The notes below the pieces were generated by a model, which was not told the origin of the DNA, did not search any database, and saw nothing but the letters and a program-made list of their open reading frames with translations. A DNA stretch of 64,000 nucleotides, taken from positions 32,001-96,000 of the forward strand of contig CAVSGP010000014.1 in NCBI GenBank assembly GCA_963727505.1, given 5' to 3'. Origin of the DNA: an uncultured Trueperaceae bacterium. Its GTDB lineage: Bacteria; Deinococcota; Deinococci; Deinococcales; Trueperaceae. This document shows, one piece after another, positions 20,898-31,032 of this stretch (position 1 is its first letter; every line of letters starts with the position of its first letter). Position numbers and translations under genes: made by a program.

Positions 20898-22397
20898 ATG
20901 ACGAGCGCCTGGGAGTTGGCCCGCGAGGTGCGCGCGGGCAGGCGGAGTGCAGCGCGCGTCGTGGAGGACGCGCTCCGGCGTGCCGATGCGGCGGCGCCGT
21001 TGAACGCCTTGCTGACCGTTGCGGCCGACCGTGCCCGCGAACGGGCGCGTGCGCTGGATGAGGCTGTGGCACGGGGCGAGGACCCCGGCCCGCTGGCGGG
21101 CGTGCCGGTGGTGGTGAAGGACAACCTCTGCCTCGAGGGCGTACGCACCACCGCCGGCTCGCTCAGCCTGGAGACGTTCGTGCCTCCCTACAGCGCTACC
21201 GCCGTGGCCCGCTTGGAGGACGCGGGTGCGATCGTCATCGCCAAGGCCAACCTCGACGAGTTCGGGATGGGCTCGAGCAACGAGAACTCCGCCTTCGGTC
21301 CGGTCCGCAACCCGTGGGATCCGGAGCGCGTTCCCGGCGGCTCGTCGGGCGGCTCGGCGGCCGCCGTAGCGGCGGGCGTGGTGCCGCTGGCGCTCGGCAC
21401 CGATACCGGCGGCTCGGTGCGGCTCCCTGCTGCCTTCTGCGGCGTGCTGGGCTTCAAGCCTACCTACGGCCGCGTCTCCCGCTACGGGCTCATCGCCTAC
21501 GCCAGCTCACTCGACCAGGTCGGCGTGTTGACGCGCAGCAGCCGCGACGCGGCGCTGGCGCTGGCGGTCATGGCGGGTGCCGATCCGCACGACGGTACCA
21601 GCCTGGAGGCGGACGCGGACGCCCTGCGGACCCTGGCGGGGCTGGGGCCGGAAGCGCCCGAGCCCGAGGGCGCCAAAGGGCACGAGGCCCTGCGCGGACT
21701 GCGCGTGGCGGTGGTGCGTGAGCTGGCCGGCGAGGGCAACTCCCCCGGCGTGCTGCAGGGCCTCGCACGCAGCGTCGAGGCGCTGCGCGCGCTGGGCGCC
21801 GAGGTGATGGAGGTGAGCGCGCCCAGTGTGCGTCACGCCGTCGCCGCCTACTACCTGGTCGCCACCGCCGAGGCGAGCAGCAACCTCGCCCGCTACGACG
21901 GCATGATCTACAGCACCCGCGAGGGCGAGGACGCCGACGGCCAGGAGGCGGTGATGCGGCGCTCCCGCGGCCGCACCCTCGGCCGGGAGGTGCGTCGCCG
22001 CGTGCTGATGGGCAGCTTCGCGCTGTCCGCCGGCTACTACGACGCCTACTACGGCAAGGCCCTGAAGGTGCGGCGCGTCATCGCCGACGACCTCGCACGC
22101 GCCTTCGAGAGCGCCGACGTGTTGCTCACGCCGACCGCGCCGGGGGCGGCCTACCGCCTGGGCGAGAAGCTCGACGATCCCCTGGCGATGTACGTGGGTG
22201 ACGTCTGCACCTGTCTGGCGAACCTCTCCGGGATGCCCGCCGTGAGCGTGCCGGCCGGGCGCACTGAGGAGGGCCTGCCGACCGGCGTGCAGCTGATGGC
22301 GCCCGCGCTGCAGGAGGCGCGCCTCCTCGAGGTGGCGTCCGCCCTGGAGGCGCGCGCGGGCGAGGCGTTCGCGCCGCTGGCGCCGACGCAGGCCTGA
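20898..22397 (+). CDS. gatA: Asp/Glu-tRNA amidotransferase subunit A
   Basis: KDN, GGSSGGS, GTDTGGSVR, EASSNLARYDG and YYDAYY motifs. Confidence 0.95.
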   Translation: MTSAWELAREVRAGRRSAARVVEDALRRADAAAPLNALLTVAADRARERARALDEAVARGEDPGPLAGVPVVVKDNLCLEGVRTTAGSLSLETFVPPYSATAVARLEDAGAIVIAKANLDEFGMGSSNENSAFGPVRNPWDPERVPGGSSGGSAAAVAAGVVPLALGTDTGGSVRLPAAFCGVLGFKPTYGRVSRYGLIAYASSLDQVGVLTRSSRDAALALAVMAGADPHDGTSLEADADALRTLAGLGPEAPEPEGAKGHEALRGLRVAVVRELAGEGNSPGVLQGLARSVEALRALGAEVMEVSAPSVRHAVAAYYLVATAEASSNLARYDGMIYSTREGEDADGQEAVMRRSRGRTLGREVRRRVLMGSFALSAGYYDAYYGKALKVRRVIADDLARAFESADVLLTPTAPGAAYRLGEKLDDPLAMYVGDVCTCLANLSGMPAVSVPAGRTEEGLPTGVQLMAPALQEARLLEVASALEARAGEAFAPLAPTQA

Positions 22398-22421
22398 GGG
22401 CGCGGCGCGCCAGGGTCGCCC

Positions 22422-23579
22422 TCAGGCTTCGAAGAGCTCCCTCGGGAAGTCGGTAAGGACCTCGCACCCGTCTTCGGTCACGCGGATGGTCTCGCTGCAG
22501 CCGACACCCCCCTTGCCGGGGATCTGCACCCACGGCAGCAGGTGGAAGGTCATGTTGCGCTGCAGCGGACGGCCCTCGCCGGGCTTCATGCTCAGGATCT
22601 GGCCCTCGCCCCAGTCGGGGGGCACCGCGATGCCGATGGAGTAGGCCGTGCGGGACGCCTGGTTCTCGCCGAAACCGGCGTCGGCGAGCAGCGCGCGGCA
22701 CACGCGGTCGACCTCGCCGGCGGGCACCCCGGGGCGGATGGTGCGCGTCGCGGCGTCGACCGCCTGCAGCACCACCTCGAAGGCGTGCTTCATCTCCGGG
22801 TCTGCGCGCCCGACGACGACGGTGCGCATCATCGCGGCGTGGTAGCGGTTGCGGCAGCCACCGATCTCCAGGAAGACGGTGTCGCGATCCCGGATGGTGC
22901 GCCCCTTCCAGGTGGCGTGGCCGATGGCGCCGCGCTCGCCGGAGGCGATGAAGGGCACGATCGAGGGCCAGTGGCTGCCGCCGCGGATGAGCGCAGCCAT
23001 CAGGTCGGCGGCCACCTCATCCTCGGTGCGGCCGCTCGCCACCGCCTCGACACCCGCCTGCATGCCCACGGCCGCGGCCGCCGCGGCTCGCCGGATCTGC
23101 TCGACCTCCAGGTCGGACTTGACCAGCCGGAGCTGCTCGATGAGCCCCGACACGTCCGTGAACGCGGTGGTGGGCAGCGAGTACAGCAGGCGCTGCTGCT
23201 GCGAGGCGGTGAAGAACCAGCAGTCCTGCTCGTAGCCGACGCGCGAGTTCGCCAGGCCGTTCTCGAGCAGGCGCGCGGCCAGCGACGCCATGATGTCGTC
23301 GCTGTCGTGGTAGCCGTAATTGAGCTCGATCCAGGTGCCGTCCTCGACCCCGCTGGTCTCCAACAGGCGCGAGAAGGTGAAGGGCTCGCCCTCGAGCGGC
23401 ACGACCAACCCCTGGAACCAGTAGTGGCCGGGCGAGTCGAAGCCGGTGAGGTAGGCGATGTTCTCGGGGGTGGTGGTCAGCATGGCGTCGAGCTCTTGCT
23501 CGGCCATCACGCCGCGCAGGGCGTCCAGCCGTCGCTGGTACTCCTGCATGGGAAAGACGAGGTCTTCGCGCTGCCGCAT
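22422..23579 (-). CDS. eutD: Ectoine hydrolase (M24 fold, EutD/DoeA type)
   Basis: EIGGCRNRYH, RTAYSIG..PPDWGE and NMTFH match the EutD-type metal-free M24 signature; adjacent to ehu/eut genes. Confidence 0.8.
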   Translation of the reverse strand: MRQREDLVFPMQEYQRRLDALRGVMAEQELDAMLTTTPENIAYLTGFDSPGHYWFQGLVVPLEGEPFTFSRLLETSGVEDGTWIELNYGYHDSDDIMASLAARLLENGLANSRVGYEQDCWFFTASQQQRLLYSLPTTAFTDVSGLIEQLRLVKSDLEVEQIRRAAAAAAVGMQAGVEAVASGRTEDEVAADLMAALIRGGSHWPSIVPFIASGERGAIGHATWKGRTIRDRDTVFLEIGGCRNRYHAAMMRTVVVGRADPEMKHAFEVVLQAVDAATRTIRPGVPAGEVDRVCRALLADAGFGENQASRTAYSIGIAVPPDWGEGQILSMKPGEGRPLQRNMTFHLLPWVQIPGKGGVGCSETIRVTEDGCEVLTDFPRELFEA

Positions 23580-23605
23580 CCATCGATCCCTTCCGCCCGC
23601 TACCG

Positions 23606-23666
23606 GAGGTTGACAACCTCTCGGTGGGACGCGTACACTCACGTTGTCGACAACTTGTATACAAGT
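23606..23666. promoter_or_regulatory. Putative GntR/FadR operators in the divergent eutD-gntR spacer
   Basis: Inverted repeat GAGGTTGACAACCTC (23606-23620) and perfect palindromes GTTGTCGACAAC (23643-23654) and ACTTGTATACAAGT (23653-23666). Confidence 0.65.
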
Positions 23667-23773
23667 ACGCCGCTACCCGCATTCTAGGTCCGATGTTCGC
23701 CACGGGTCAACTATCGACGAGCCCGAAGGGTACGGTGCCGGCCACCGATCGGAAGGAAGGAAGCTGCAAGTCT

Positions 23774-24460
23774 ATGCATGCCCGCGACACCGCCGACCGC
23801 CCTCGCGGCGTCGAACTCATCTACCGCGAGCTGCGCGAGAGGATCTGCCTGTTGCGCTACCCTCCGGGAGCGATGCTGAGCGAGAATCCGCTCGCCGAGG
23901 AGTTCGGCGTCAGCCGCACCCCGATCCGCCAGGCTCTGCAGCGCCTGGAGTTCGAGGGGCTGGTGATGAGCCGTCACGGGGTGGGCACCATGGTCACCAC
24001 GGTCGACCTGCAGTATCTGCGAGAGGTCTACGCGCTGCGCATCAAGCTGATCGATCTGATCGGCGAGATCCCGCCGGCGCGCATCACCGAGGGCGACCTC
24101 ACGCTGCTGGCGGACCTCGTGATGCAGGCGCGCAAGTTGCGCGGGCAGCGCGAGCCCGAAGCGTTGGCGCGCATCTACCACCACTTCAACGAGGAGCTCT
24201 CGCGCGCCATCGGCAACCAACCTCTCCGGGAGATCGCCGACCGGCTGTTCTGGCAGACGACGCGCGTGTGGCTCCAACTCCTGCCGGAGATGACCTGGGA
24301 GGACGAGGTGGACTACATCGTCGACGAGATCGAGAGCGTGCTGCAGGCCCTCAAGCGCGAGGACATGGAGGGCGTCGCGGCGGTGCGGCGCAAGCACATG
24401 GTGCTGTGCCTGAGTCGCATCAACAGCTATCTGGAAGGACCCATCCTGGCCCTGCCGTGA
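23774..24460 (+). CDS. GntR family (FadR/FCD) transcriptional regulator
   Basis: LSENPLAEEFGVSRTPIRQALQRL winged HTH followed by a helical FCD-like domain; no aminotransferase domain. Confidence 0.93.
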   Translation: MHARDTADRPRGVELIYRELRERICLLRYPPGAMLSENPLAEEFGVSRTPIRQALQRLEFEGLVMSRHGVGTMVTTVDLQYLREVYALRIKLIDLIGEIPPARITEGDLTLLADLVMQARKLRGQREPEALARIYHHFNEELSRAIGNQPLREIADRLFWQTTRVWLQLLPEMTWEDEVDYIVDEIESVLQALKREDMEGVAAVRRKHMVLCLSRINSYLEGPILALP

Positions 24461-24505
24461 GGCGGGCCGTGCACGACGAAGGAATCTTGGTTTGGAGGTC
24501 AAGGC

Positions 24506-25720
24506 ATGACGAAACGGCGTGAACCGGCGCTAGAAACGCTCGCCGTCTGGGCGGGCGAGGATCGACCCACGATGCAGGGAGCGACGCAGGTGCCTGTGGT
24601 GCACAGCGTGTCGTTCGGCTACGACGATCTCGACGAGTGGCGCGACGTCGCGCTGGGCAGGCGCGAGGGCCACATCTACGGTCGCAACACCAACCCCACG
24701 GTGCAGGTGTTCGAGGAGAAGATCCGCCAGCTCGAGGGGGGCGAGGCGGCGACCAGCTTCGCCACCGGCATGGCGGCCATCAGCAACACCCTGTTCACGC
24801 TGCTGGAGCCCGGTCAGCGAGTGGTGTCGGTGAAGGACACCTACGGTGGGACCAACAAGATCTTCACGGAGTTCTTGCCGCGCTTCGGCATCGACGTGCA
24901 GCTCTGCGAAACCACCGATTTCGATGCCATCGAGGCGGAGGTGGCCAAGGGTTGCCAGGTGCTCTACCTGGAGACCCCGACCAACCCGACGTGCAAGATC
25001 ATGGACATCCGCCGGCTGGCCGACAAGGCCCACCAGGTCGGCGCCACGGTGGTGGTGGACAACACCTTCGCCACCCCCATCAACCAGAACCCCCTCACGC
25101 TGGGAGCGGATCTGGTCATACACAGCGCTACGAAGTACCTGGGCGGGCACGCCGACGCCCTCGGCGGCGCCCTCATCGGGCCCAAGGAGACGGTGGAACG
25201 CGTCTACCACTTCCGTGAGATCAACGGCGCCACGTTGCATCCCGAGGCCGCCTACCTGTTGCTGCGCGGCATGAAGACACTGGCGCTGCGCATCGCCCGC
25301 CAGAACGAGAGTGCCCTCGCCATCGCCCGCCACCTCGCCGAGCATCCATCGGTCGCGGCCGTGTTCTACCCGGGTCTGGAGAGCCACCCCAACCACGAGG
25401 TGGCGGCGCGCCAGATGCGCGGGTTCGGCGGCATGCTGTCGTTCCAGATCCACGGTGGCTTCGATGCCGTGAAGACCTTGCTGCCCCGTCTGCGGTTCGC
25501 GCACCGCGCGGCCAACCTGGGCGCGGTCGAGACCGTGGTGGCGCCGCCGGCGACCGGCAGCCACGTCGAGCTGACCACCGAGGAGCGCGCTGCCATGGGC
25601 ATCCCCGAGAGCCTGGTGCGCTACTCGGTAGGGATCGAGAACGTCGATGATCTCATCGCCGATCTGGATGAGGCGCTCGCCTACACCGCCGAGCGGCACG
25701 GCATCGGGGAGGCCGTATGA
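24506..25720 (+). CDS. Cystathionine gamma-synthase/trans-sulfuration family PLP enzyme
   Basis: YGRNTNPT, FATGMAAI, ETPTNP, DNTFATP, HSATKYLGGH (PLP Lys) and RYSVGIE motifs. Confidence 0.9.
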   Translation: MTKRREPALETLAVWAGEDRPTMQGATQVPVVHSVSFGYDDLDEWRDVALGRREGHIYGRNTNPTVQVFEEKIRQLEGGEAATSFATGMAAISNTLFTLLEPGQRVVSVKDTYGGTNKIFTEFLPRFGIDVQLCETTDFDAIEAEVAKGCQVLYLETPTNPTCKIMDIRRLADKAHQVGATVVVDNTFATPINQNPLTLGADLVIHSATKYLGGHADALGGALIGPKETVERVYHFREINGATLHPEAAYLLLRGMKTLALRIARQNESALAIARHLAEHPSVAAVFYPGLESHPNHEVAARQMRGFGGMLSFQIHGGFDAVKTLLPRLRFAHRAANLGAVETVVAPPATGSHVELTTEERAAMGIPESLVRYSVGIENVDDLIADLDEALAYTAERHGIGEAV

Positions 25721-26748
25721 CCGTCACCCGCCTGGCCCTCATCGGGTTCGGCACCGTCGGGCAGGGCTTCGCGCAGATCCTCGCCGAGCGCGGTGACGTG
25801 CTGGCCGCCAAGCACGGACTCGAGCTCTCGATCACCGCCGTCAGCGACTTCAACCGGGGCAGCGTCTACCGGGCCGGCGGCTTCGATCCCGAGGCCCTGC
25901 TCGGCGCCGCCGACGCGCTCGAGACCCTGGATGCCGATACCAAGGGCTGGGACGCGCTCACCACCATCCGCGAGTCCGGCGCCGACGCCGTCGCCGAGCT
26001 CAGCTTCACCGACCTGAAGACCGGCGAGCCCGCGCTCACCCACGTGCGGGAGGCGCTGTCGCGCGGGATGGACGTGGTGACCACCAACAAGGGGCCCATC
26101 GCGCTGCGTTTCGCCGAGCTGCGCCGTCTCGGCGCCGAGCACGGCGCGGGCCTCGGCGTGGAGGGCACGGTGATGAGCGGCACGCCCACCCTGGCGCTGG
26201 GCGCGGGGCTGCTGGCCGGGGCCGGCGTGCGTCGCATCCAGGGCATCCTGAACGGCACCACGAATTTCATCCTCACGCGCATGGAGGCCGGCCTCGACTT
26301 CGACAACGCACTGGCCGAGGCGCAGCGCGAGGGGTACGCCGAGGCCGATCCCAGCGGCGACGTGGACGGCATCGACGCCGCCGGGAAGGTGGTGATCCTC
26401 GCCAACCTGGTCATGGACGCGCCGCTGGCGATGGACGACGTGGAGCGCCAGGGCATCCGTTCCATCACGCCGGCCGATATCGAGGCCGCCGCGGCGGCAG
26501 GCGAACGCTGGAAACTGCTCGGCAGCGTCGAGCGTGCCGCCGACGGCAGCGTCACGGGGCGCGTGGGGCCGCAGCGCGTGCCGCTGTCGCATCCGCTGGC
26601 GGGTATCGGCGGCCCGACCAACGCCTGCACCTTCACGACCGATCTGCTCGACGACGTCACCATCGTCGGCCCCGGGGCCGGCCGTCTCGCGACCGGCTAC
26701 GCGCTCGTCGAGGACCTCATCGCGCTCCGCGGTGGCGGGAGGCGCTGA
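25717..26748 (+). CDS. hom: Homoserine dehydrogenase (short form, no ACT domain)
   Basis: GFGTVG, TNKGP, ILNGTTNFIL, GYAEADPSGDVDG and GPGAG motifs; 343 aa. Confidence 0.92.
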   Translation: MTVTRLALIGFGTVGQGFAQILAERGDVLAAKHGLELSITAVSDFNRGSVYRAGGFDPEALLGAADALETLDADTKGWDALTTIRESGADAVAELSFTDLKTGEPALTHVREALSRGMDVVTTNKGPIALRFAELRRLGAEHGAGLGVEGTVMSGTPTLALGAGLLAGAGVRRIQGILNGTTNFILTRMEAGLDFDNALAEAQREGYAEADPSGDVDGIDAAGKVVILANLVMDAPLAMDDVERQGIRSITPADIEAAAAAGERWKLLGSVERAADGSVTGRVGPQRVPLSHPLAGIGGPTNACTFTTDLLDDVTIVGPGAGRLATGYALVEDLIALRGGGRR

Positions 26749-26751
26749 GTC

Positions 26752-28167
26752 ATGGAGATGCTGCTGGCCGGGGACTGGGTGGCGCGCGACGCGGTCATCG
26801 AGATCCTGGACCCAGACGACGAGAGCGTCATCGACACCGTGCCGCAGGCCACCACCGACGACATGGAGCGCGCGTTGGCCGCAGCCGAGCGCGGCGCGGA
26901 ACTCGCCCGCGCGCTCCCGACGCACCGCCGCATGGCGGTGCTGATGGAGGCGTCGCAGCGCCTCGAGCGCAACCAGGAGACGTTCGCCCGCCTGATCGCG
27001 CGCGAGGGGATCAAGACCATCCGGGAGGCGCGCAAGGAGGCGAACCGTGCGGTGGACACGCTGCGCCTCAGTGCCGAGGAAGCGCGCAGGCTGCACGGGG
27101 AGACGCTGGCCTTCGATCAGCGTCCGGGCAGCGAGGGGCGCTTCGGTTACTACGTTCCGGAGCCCGTGGGTATCGTGGCGGCCATCACGCCCTTCAACGA
27201 TCCGCTGAACCTGGTCGCGCACAAGGTCGGTCCGGCCCTCGCCGCGGGCAACGCCGTCGTGCTCAAGCCCGATTCGAAGACGCCGCTCAGCGCGCTCAAG
27301 CTCGGCGAGCTGCTGCTCGAGAGCGGCCTGCCGCCGGACGTGTTGCAGGTCATCACGGGCCGCGGCAGCGTGGTCGGCGACGCGCTGGTGCGCGACCCGC
27401 GGGTGCGCGTGGTGTCGTTCACGGGGGGCAAGGAGACGGGCGAGGCGATCGTGCGCGCGGGCGGGCTCAAGCGCTACAGCATGGAACTCGGTAGCAACGC
27501 GCCCACCATCGTCATGGACGACGCCGATCTCGATGCCGCGCTCCCTGCCATCGTGTCGGGAGCCTTCTGGGCCGCTGGCCAGAACTGCCTACACGTGCAA
27601 CGCCTGTTGGTCCACGAAGATGTCTACGACGAGGTCCGCGAGCGCATGGTGGCGGGCGCGCAGGCGGTGCGTACCGGCCCGAAGCTCGAGGAGGCCACCG
27701 ACATGGGCCCCGTCATCGACACGGGCAACGTGGAGCGGATCGCGAGTATGGTAGAAGAGGCACGGACCGCTGGAGCCCGCCTCCTCACGGGAGGTGGTTA
27801 CGAAGGCACGCACTTCGAGCCCACGTTGCTCGAGGGTGTTACGGCTGACAGCCGCCTCGCCCGCGATGAGGTGTACGGTCCGGTCACGATCCTCCAACGG
27901 GTGCGTGACCTGGACGAAGCGGTCCGCGTGGCGAACGACGTTGACTACGGCCTTCAGGCCGCGGTGTTCACCCGTGACCTCGACACCGCGCATCGCGCGG
28001 TCTCCGCACTCCACTACGGGGGCGTGATGGTGAACGACAGCACCGACTACCGCATCGACGCCATGCCTTTCGGCGGGGTGAAAGGTTCCGGGCTTGGCAG
28101 GGAAGGCGTGCGATTCGCCGTCCAGGAGATGACCGAGCTGAAGCTCGCGAGCTTCGCATTGCGCTGA
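26752..28167 (+). CDS. NAD(P)-dependent aldehyde dehydrogenase
   Basis: ITPFNDP, FTGG, ELGSN, GQNC (catalytic Cys) and [14 protein letters not shown] motifs. Confidence 0.93.
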   Translation: MEMLLAGDWVARDAVIEILDPDDESVIDTVPQATTDDMERALAAAERGAELARALPTHRRMAVLMEASQRLERNQETFARLIAREGIKTIREARKEANRAVDTLRLSAEEARRLHGETLAFDQRPGSEGRFGYYVPEPVGIVAAITPFNDPLNLVAHKVGPALAAGNAVVLKPDSKTPLSALKLGELLLESGLPPDVLQVITGRGSVVGDALVRDPRVRVVSFTGGKETGEAIVRAGGLKRYSMELGSNAPTIVMDDADLDAALPAIVSGAFWAAGQNCLHVQRLLVHEDVYDEVRERMVAGAQAVRTGPKLEEATDMGPVIDTGNVERIASMVEEARTAGARLLTGGGYEGTHFEPTLLEGVTADSRLARDEVYGPVTILQRVRDLDEAVRVANDVDYGLQAAVFTRDLDTAHRAVSALHYGGVMVNDSTDYRIDAMPFGGVKGSGLGREGVRFAVQEMTELKLASFALR

Positions 28168-28199
28168 CGCCCGTTACGCGAACATATGAGGAGGGACCC

Positions 28200-29039
28200 G
28201 TGGCAGTGACGACCGGAAGCGAGGCATCCCAACACGACGAGGCCGCCAGGGCCGCGGCCCTGGCGAATGCGGAGCCGATGGTGCGTTTCGAGAAGGTGCG
28301 TAAGTCTTTCGGCTCGCTCACGGTGCTTCACGATCTCGATTTCACCGTGCGCTCGGGGGAGAAGGTGGCGATCGTCGGCCCCAGCGGCTCCGGTAAGACC
28401 ACCATCCTCCGGGTGCTGATGACACTGGTGAAGCCCGACGGCGGCAAGGTGTTCGTCGGTGGCGAGCCGCTCTGGCACCGCGAGGTCGACGGCAAGGTGC
28501 TGCCCGCTCCCGAGAGCCAGCTCAGGCAGGTGCGTAACCGCATCGGCATGGTGTTCCAGCACTTCAACCTGTTCCCCAACATGAGCGTGCTGCGCAACGT
28601 CACCGAGGCGCCCATCCACGTCAAGGGGGTGGCCCGCGCCGACGCCGAGAAGCGCGGCAAGGAGCTGCTCGACATGGTGGGTCTGGCCGACAAGCACAGC
28701 GCGTTCCCGTCGCAGCTCTCCGGCGGCCAGAAGCAGCGCGTCGCCATCGCCAGGGCGCTGGCCATGGACCCCGACCTGATGCTGTTCGACGAGGTCACCT
28801 CCGCGCTCGACCCGGAGCTGGTGGGCGAGGTGCTGGGCATCCTCCGTCAACTCGCGCACGAGACCAACATGACGATGCTGATCGTGACCCACGAGATGGG
28901 GTTCGCACGCGACGTCTCCGACCGGGTCGTGTTCTTCGACGCCGGGCAGGTCGCGGAGGAGGGGCCGCCGTCCAAGATCTTCAGCAACCCCGAGAACCCC
29001 AGGACGCAGAGTTTCCTGAAAGCAGTCCTGGAGCATTGA
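28200..29039 (+). CDS. ehuA: Ectoine/hydroxyectoine ABC transporter ATPase
   Basis: [27 protein letters not shown] and THEMGFA motifs; operon context. Confidence 0.88.
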   Translation: MAVTTGSEASQHDEAARAAALANAEPMVRFEKVRKSFGSLTVLHDLDFTVRSGEKVAIVGPSGSGKTTILRVLMTLVKPDGGKVFVGGEPLWHREVDGKVLPAPESQLRQVRNRIGMVFQHFNLFPNMSVLRNVTEAPIHVKGVARADAEKRGKELLDMVGLADKHSAFPSQLSGGQKQRVAIARALAMDPDLMLFDEVTSALDPELVGEVLGILRQLAHETNMTMLIVTHEMGFARDVSDRVVFFDAGQVAEEGPPSKIFSNPENPRTQSFLKAVLEH

Positions 29040-29294
29040 CCCCGCGTGATCGGCTGCCGCGCTCGGTGCGTGGCCGCCTGGAGATGCCGGGGAACGCCCC
29101 GGCCACGGGAAGGATGTGAAGCGATGTCCGAGGAGCCGCCGTCAGGAGCCGAGGTTCCGTGCACGTGCGCGGAGCGCGGCCGCCCGACCGGCACCGGCCT
29201 GGCGCCCCCAGGCGCCTGCCGGATACGCCGCGTGGCGCGCACGTGGCCGCGTGCCCGCCCGAAGAACACGACGTTCGAATCGCAAGGAGGAACC

Positions 29295-30158
29295 ATGGCC
29301 AACCGTACGCTGAAAGCCCTGACACTGACGTTGTTCGCTGCCCTGATCGGCGCGCTGGCATTCGCCCAGGGCGACCTGATGCAGCAGATCCAACAGCGGG
29401 GATACATCCGCGTCGCGACCGCCAACGAGATCCCGTACGGCTACATCGACCAGAAGGGTGACGCCAAGGGGATCGCCCCCGACGTTGCCACGGCCGTGCT
29501 CAAGAGCATGGGGATCACCGACATCCAGTGGATCGTCACCGAGTTCGGCTCGCTGATCCCCGGCCTCAAGGCCAACCGCTTCGACATGGCGGCCGCCAGC
29601 CAAGCGATCCTTCCGGCGCGCTGCCAGCAGGTGATCTACTCGAAGCCCAACTCCAGCTACGGTGAAGGCCTCATGGTGGCCGCTGGCAACCCGAAGAACA
29701 TCCACGGCTACCAGGACTTCGTGAACAACTCGAGCCTCAAGATGGGGATCGTGTCCGGCGCCGACCAGCTCGACTTCGCGCATGCCATGAACATCCCCGA
29801 TAGCCAGCTCGTGAGCATCCCGTCCAACACCGATGCGCTCTCGGCCGTCACGACCGGCCGCATCGACGCCTACGCCGGCACGGGCCTGACGGTCGACCGT
29901 CTCGCCGCCAAGTCCGACAAGGTCCAGCCCGCCGACCCGTTCAACGACCCCGTCGTCAACGGCAAGGCTGTTCGCAGCTGGGGCGGCTTCACGTTCAACA
30001 TGAACAACACCGCCTTCCGTGACGCCTACAACAAGGCGCTCGCAGCGTTCCAGCAGACGCCCGAGTACGAGAAGATCCTGACGAGCTACGGCTTGAGCAA
30101 GGGCGACGTTCAGCAGGCCCTCGCCAAGACGACCCAGGAGCTGTGCAGCGGACAGTAA
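29295..30158 (+). CDS. ehuB: Ectoine/hydroxyectoine ABC transporter substrate-binding protein
   Basis: Signal peptide; ANEIPYGY, EFGSLIPGL..RFD, ILPARCQQV and GNPKNIHGY; C-terminal ELC; AGGAGG SD. Confidence 0.88.
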   Translation: MANRTLKALTLTLFAALIGALAFAQGDLMQQIQQRGYIRVATANEIPYGYIDQKGDAKGIAPDVATAVLKSMGITDIQWIVTEFGSLIPGLKANRFDMAAASQAILPARCQQVIYSKPNSSYGEGLMVAAGNPKNIHGYQDFVNNSSLKMGIVSGADQLDFAHAMNIPDSQLVSIPSNTDALSAVTTGRIDAYAGTGLTVDRLAAKSDKVQPADPFNDPVVNGKAVRSWGGFTFNMNNTAFRDAYNKALAAFQQTPEYEKILTSYGLSKGDVQQALAKTTQELCSGQ

Positions 30159-30171
30159 CCGCTGCTGATCC

Positions 30172-30203
30172 GGCGGATGGGAGCCCTGAGGCTCCCATCC
30201 GCC
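30172..30203 (+). terminator. 14-bp stem-loop after ehuB (attenuating or stabilising hairpin)
   Basis: GGCGGATGGGAGCC-ctga-GGCTCCCATCCGCC followed by a pyrimidine-rich tract. Confidence 0.7.
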
Positions 30204-30363
30204 CCCCTATCTTTCTTCAGGCCGTGACGCCCATCCGCCCCGCCCGGCGCCTCCTCGCGAGGCGCGTCGTCGTGTCGGAGCCCCGCCAGATCTGGCGGGG
30301 GTTCCCGGCGACCTGGCGAGGTCGAAGGCTCACGCGCTACCTCTGGGAAGGGGGAGGACGGGC

Positions 30364-31032
30364 ATGGACCTGAGCACCCTGTTGCCGCCGTTGCTCAAAG
30401 GCGCGCGGGTCACGGCCGAACTGGCACTGATGTCGACGGTTCTGGGAGGTGTGATGGCCTTCCTGACCGGGATCGGCAAGCTGTCGCGCTTCTGGCCGGC
30501 GCGCATCCTGTCGATCATCTATGTGGAAGTCTTTCGCGGCACCAGTCTTCTGGTGCAGATGTTCTGGATCTATTACGCGTTGCCGCTGCTGGGCGTGAGC
30601 CTGGGCGCCACCCTGGCCGGCGTCCTGGCGCTCGGCCTCAACATCGGCGCCTACGGTGCCGAGGTCGTGCGTGGCGCCATCCTGTCCGTGCCTACGGGGC
30701 AGTACGAGGCCTCGGTGGCGCTCAACTTCACGCGCCGCCACACGCTCTGGAACGTGGTGCTTCCGCAGGCGCTGGTGGAGATGATGCCGCCGTTCGGCAA
30801 CCTGGTCGTGCAGAACCTCAAGGATACCGCCCTGGTATCGCTGATCACCCTGAGCGACCTCACCTTCCGCGCCCAGAACATCCGCAACCTGACGTTGGAG
30901 ACGGTGCCCATCTACAGTCTCACGTTGCTCCTGTACTTCGCCATGGCGCTGGTGCTGATGTTCGGCATGCGCTGGCTCGAGCGCGTCATCGCGAACCGCG
31001 TCGGCGTGACCGCTGCGAGGGCACGCTCATGA
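30364..31032 (+). CDS. ehuC: Ectoine ABC transporter permease
   Basis: EVFRGTSLLVQMFW and GAYGAEVVRGAI motifs; polar amino-acid permease. Confidence 0.88.
   Translation: MDLSTLLPPLLKGARVTAELALMSTVLGGVMAFLTGIGKLSRFWPARILSIIYVEVFRGTSLLVQMFWIYYALPLLGVSLGATLAGVLALGLNIGAYGAEVVRGAILSVPTGQYEASVALNFTRRHTLWNVVLPQALVEMMPPFGNLVVQNLKDTALVSLITLSDLTFRAQNIRNLTLETVPIYSLTLLLYFAMALVLMFGMRWLERVIANRVGVTAARARS

Noticed and set aside
7654..22397. Split gatA/gatB with no gatC as an anomaly
   Set aside because: Dispersed gat genes are common, and gatC may lie outside the window.
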